Of a DNA stretch of 64,000 nt, positions 62,578 through 64,000 are shown piece by piece. The first letter of the stretch is position 1. Each line of letters opens with the position of its first letter. The translations under genes were made by a program, and so were the position numbers. Origin of the DNA: Balanoglossus misakiensis (Eukaryota > Animalia > Hemichordata); assembly GCA_040954595.2 (NCBI GenBank), contig CM082583.2, positions 1,188,925 to 1,252,924 on the forward strand, read 5' to 3'. The notes under the pieces are model-generated. The model was not told the DNA's origin. It made no database searches and saw nothing but the letters and a program-made list of their open reading frames with translations.

Positions 62578-64000
62578 TATATAATAATAATAATAATAAT
62601 AATAATGTTTTATTTACCCATTAATTAAAGGGTACATATGATAGGTAAAAATACAAATGGTGGGTAAATATGGAGTCAGGAAATAGCCACAGCTAGTCTA
62701 GCCTGTACTCCTACAATATAGCTTGCTTGGTTACAGAAAAAAAAAGATAATGTTGAGGGAACGCTTGAAGCGTGATTCAAGTACGATCTCACTACAACAG
62801 TGTAAAGTTATCCATTGCAAATGGTAATGGAAAAAAGAAAGGAACAACAATCACAAACAAACAAACAAAACAGCATCATACTACATCAAGAAAATTACAA
62901 ATTCATTTGTACTGGTTTAAGAGGTGTTGTTTAAATGTCCTACGAAATTGGCATAAAGTATTTGAAGACTTAATTTGTGGAGGAATATCGTTCCAGATTT
63001 TTGCTCCAGTATGTTATATCGAGAACTGGCCTGAGTTTGTTTTGGCATGGAACGGGCGTAGATAGTGATGTAACCAAATTCTGGTATTATGCTCATGACT
63101 TGTTGTGTTAAAATAATCTGAAAGTGAATGTGGAGATTTCTGGTGATATAAATAATAAATGAAGGAACCTAGTAAATAACTGTGAAGCTTGGTAATATCC
63201 AAAATATTCAGTTGATTAAAGAGAGGAGAAGAATGGTCCATGTGTGATTTGAAAAGCATTATACGTACAATTGTTTTTGGGGCAACTTGGATACAACGTA
63301 ACTTTGTGGGGTAAGTATTGCCCCAAACCTCAAGACCATATGTAACATGGGGGAGTATGAAGGCGTTGTAATACAAAATTCTGATATGGAGTGGTAAAAT
63401 ATTTCTAATCTTGTATAAAATTCCACAGTGCTTCCTAATGAGATTATTTATTTTGGTAATTTGATGTGACCATGACAGATGCTTATCCAATAAAACCCCA
63501 ACAAATGGTATCACATCAACCTCTTTGATTTCTTCATTCTGGATTTGCAATGACCCAAGAACATTAAGTTTTTTCTGCCGACCCCTAAAAATAATAAAGT
63601 GAGTCTTGGCCCTATTAATTGTTAGTTTGTTGGCATTGCACCATTGCTGAACATCATTTAAATAAGAGGATATATGAGTCAAGTTAATACTATCTGCACC
63701 TGAGAAGGAATGGAAGAGATTGGAGTCGTCAGCAAATAAACGGAAATCAAAAAATGTAGAAGAATTTGGAAGGTCATTGATATAAATAAGGAAAAGGGTT
63801 GGGCCCAAAACTGATCCCTGTGGGACTCCATTGTGGATCAAGGACTTTTCTGAAACATGACTGGTTAATGTGACATACTGTGAGCGGTCTGTGAGGTAGC
63901 TGTTAAACCAATGCTGGCAGGGGCCCCTAAACCCGTAATGTTCAAGCTTGGACAATAAAGTGGCATGGTGAATGGTATCGAAAGCTTTGCTGAAGTCAAT
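62578..64000 (-). mobile_element. CR1-group (Crack/L2-like) LINE 3' part with reverse transcriptase, premature stop
   Basis: Motifs DFSKAFDT, GVPQGSVLGPTLFLIYINDL and LFADD. An in-frame TAA at 63014-63016 precedes the natural end at ~62903. The 3' UTR ends in a (TAT)n tail at ~62578-62606. Confidence 0.88.

Overview
This is eukaryotic DNA: spliceosomal GT-AG introns, microsatellites and no prokaryotic features. It is probably from a marine invertebrate (inference), and it consists almost entirely of nested mobile elements and tandem repeats. From left to right: (1) 1-3441 is a Russian-doll stack of Helentron/HINE-like non-autonomous elements. (2) 4906-12207 (-) is an 11-exon, ~990-aa DDE transposase gene with a RAG1-like N-terminus (Cys/His domain, RING, second Zn finger) on a Chapaev/Transib/RAG1-type core; it has one defective splice donor and no RAG2-like partner is visible. 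(3) A ~2.05-kb macrosatellite array spans 13556-54724. (4) That array is interrupted by a complete 22.8-kb CACTA/EnSpm element (28204-50972, 2-bp TSD). The element carries an apparently intact spliced transposase and a divergent SAM-domain gene, which is itself split by a second 4.2-kb CACTA element (3-bp TSD). (5) From 54725 runs an IS3EU-like element with an 8+-exon integrase-core transposase. Its introns hold a young Penelope element (RT + GIY-YIG, inverted pLTR, two hammerhead ribozymes) and a CR1-group LINE. All exon structures were spliced by eye and checked for reading phase. Family names come from motif recognition, not database searches.
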